This document shows positions 36,067 to 36,836 of a stretch of DNA of 36,836 nt, piece after piece. The notes beneath the pieces are model-generated. The model saw only the letters and a program-made list of their open reading frames with translations, did no database searches and was not told where the DNA came from. Origin of the DNA: Polyangiales bacterium (GTDB lineage Bacteria > Myxococcota_A > Polyangia > Polyangiales > Houyiibacteriaceae); contig JBGCFM010000264.1 in NCBI GenBank assembly GCA_045106895.1, positions 1-36,836 of the forward strand, in the 5' to 3' direction. Each line of letters begins with the position of its first letter. The first letter of the stretch is position 1. Position numbers and translations under genes: made by a program.

Positions 36067-36836
36067 CTACTCGACGAGGACGCAGGCTTGAATCACGCGG
36101 TACGCGTTCACCGCTGCGTCGACGGGCGTGCGGTTCTGCGCGTACACCCGGTTGAAGGTGCTGCCCGTCGTGTAGTTGCGTGTGTAGACGATGTCGTAGA
36201 CGCCGGGCATGAGCTGCGACGCGTAGGTGTCGTCGTCCGCCGGGCGGCTGTAGGAAGGCGAGCGCGCCCCCCAGTCGATGTTGTGCAGCTGATGGTACGC
36301 GCCCGTGTCTTTGGACACCGCCCACAGAAGCCCGTCCGTCGACGACGAGGACTGAATCGGCAGGAGCCCGCCGTTCTGCGTGATCGTGCCGGTGATCTGC
36401 GTCACGCCAATGTCGACGTTCAGCACCTGCGAGCCGCCGGAAATCGTCACGTCGCTCTGCACCACGCGGTACGCATTCACCGCTGCGTCGACGGGCGTGC
36501 GGTTCTGCGCGTACACCCGGTTGAAGGTGCTGCCCGTCGTGTAGTTGCGCGTGTAGACGATGTCGTAGACGCCGGGCATGAGCTGCGACGCGTAGGTGTC
36601 GTCATCCGCCGGGCGGCTGTAGGAAGGCGAGCGCGCCCCCCAGTCGATGTTGTGCAGCTGATGGTACGCGCCGGTGTCTTTGGACACCGCCCACAGAAGC
36701 CCGTCCGTCGATGACGACGACTGAATCGGCAGGAGCCCGCCGTTCTGCGTGATCGTGCCGGTGATCTGCGTCACGCCAATGTCGACGTTCAGCACCTGCG
36801 AGCCGCCGGAAATCGTCACGTCGCTCTGCACCACGC
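36067..36836 (-). CDS. C-terminal part of a protein built from identical 123-aa repeats (truncated by the window edge)
   Basis: Open frame from the window edge to TAG at 36067-36069. Two identical 123-aa units (VQSDVTISGG...LMPGVYDIVY...NAYRV), then IQACVLVE. Confidence 0.85.
   Translation of the reverse strand, partial: VVQSDVTISGGSQVLNVDIGVTQITGTITQNGGLLPIQSSSSTDGLLWAVSKDTGAYHQLHNIDWGARSPSYSRPADDDTYASQLMPGVYDIVYTRNYTTGSTFNRVYAQNRTPVDAAVNAYRVVQSDVTISGGSQVLNVDIGVTQITGTITQNGGLLPIQSSSSTDGLLWAVSKDTGAYHQLHNIDWGARSPSYSRPADDDTYASQLMPGVYDIVYTRNYTTGSTFNRVYAQNRTPVDAAVNAYRVIQACVLVE
36094..36836. repeat. Near-identical 369-bp tandem repeat (2 full copies, possibly continuing beyond the window)
   Basis: 36094-36462 and 36463-36831 differ at 6 positions by my count. 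The last 5 nt (CACGC) match the start of a further copy. Confidence 0.92.

Noticed and set aside
36094..36836. 369-bp repeat pair as a diversity-generating retroelement TR/VR pair
   Set aside because: The differences are synonymous and not adenine-specific, both copies lie in one reading frame, and there is no reverse transcriptase in the window.

Overview
High-GC bacterial DNA with about 25 protein genes. It is most consistent with a myxobacterium (Myxococcota): MYXO-CTERM sorting tail, myxobacterial Cys-rich repeats, AgmX/PglI-like C-terminal domain, Hanks kinase, DUF1592/DUF1552 pair and many lipoproteins. I saw no rRNA, tRNA, CRISPR array or transposase. The main feature is a tightly packed minus-strand operon (23546 to 18205) ordered DUF3348-like, MotA-like with a long helical tail, MotB/OmpA-like, DUF2894-like, which matches a Zorya type III-like anti-phage system (zorF-zorA-zorB-zorG). 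Three things are unusual about it: a long acidic tandem-repeat N-terminal extension on ZorF, 29-aa repeats in the ZorA tail, and a two-domain aspartic protease lipoprotein gene 23 bp downstream. Other points of note: a giant Cys-rich surface protein with a frameshift inside its signal peptide; an enhancer-binding-like regulator with degenerate FHA, GGDEF and AAA+ domains; a STAND-TPR-wHTH regulator operon diverging from a beta-propeller/di-heme lipoprotein across phased TAAG repeats; a possible orphan SUKH-like immunity gene; and a protein with near-identical 369-bp repeats at the right edge. All family assignments come from motif recognition by eye, not database searches.
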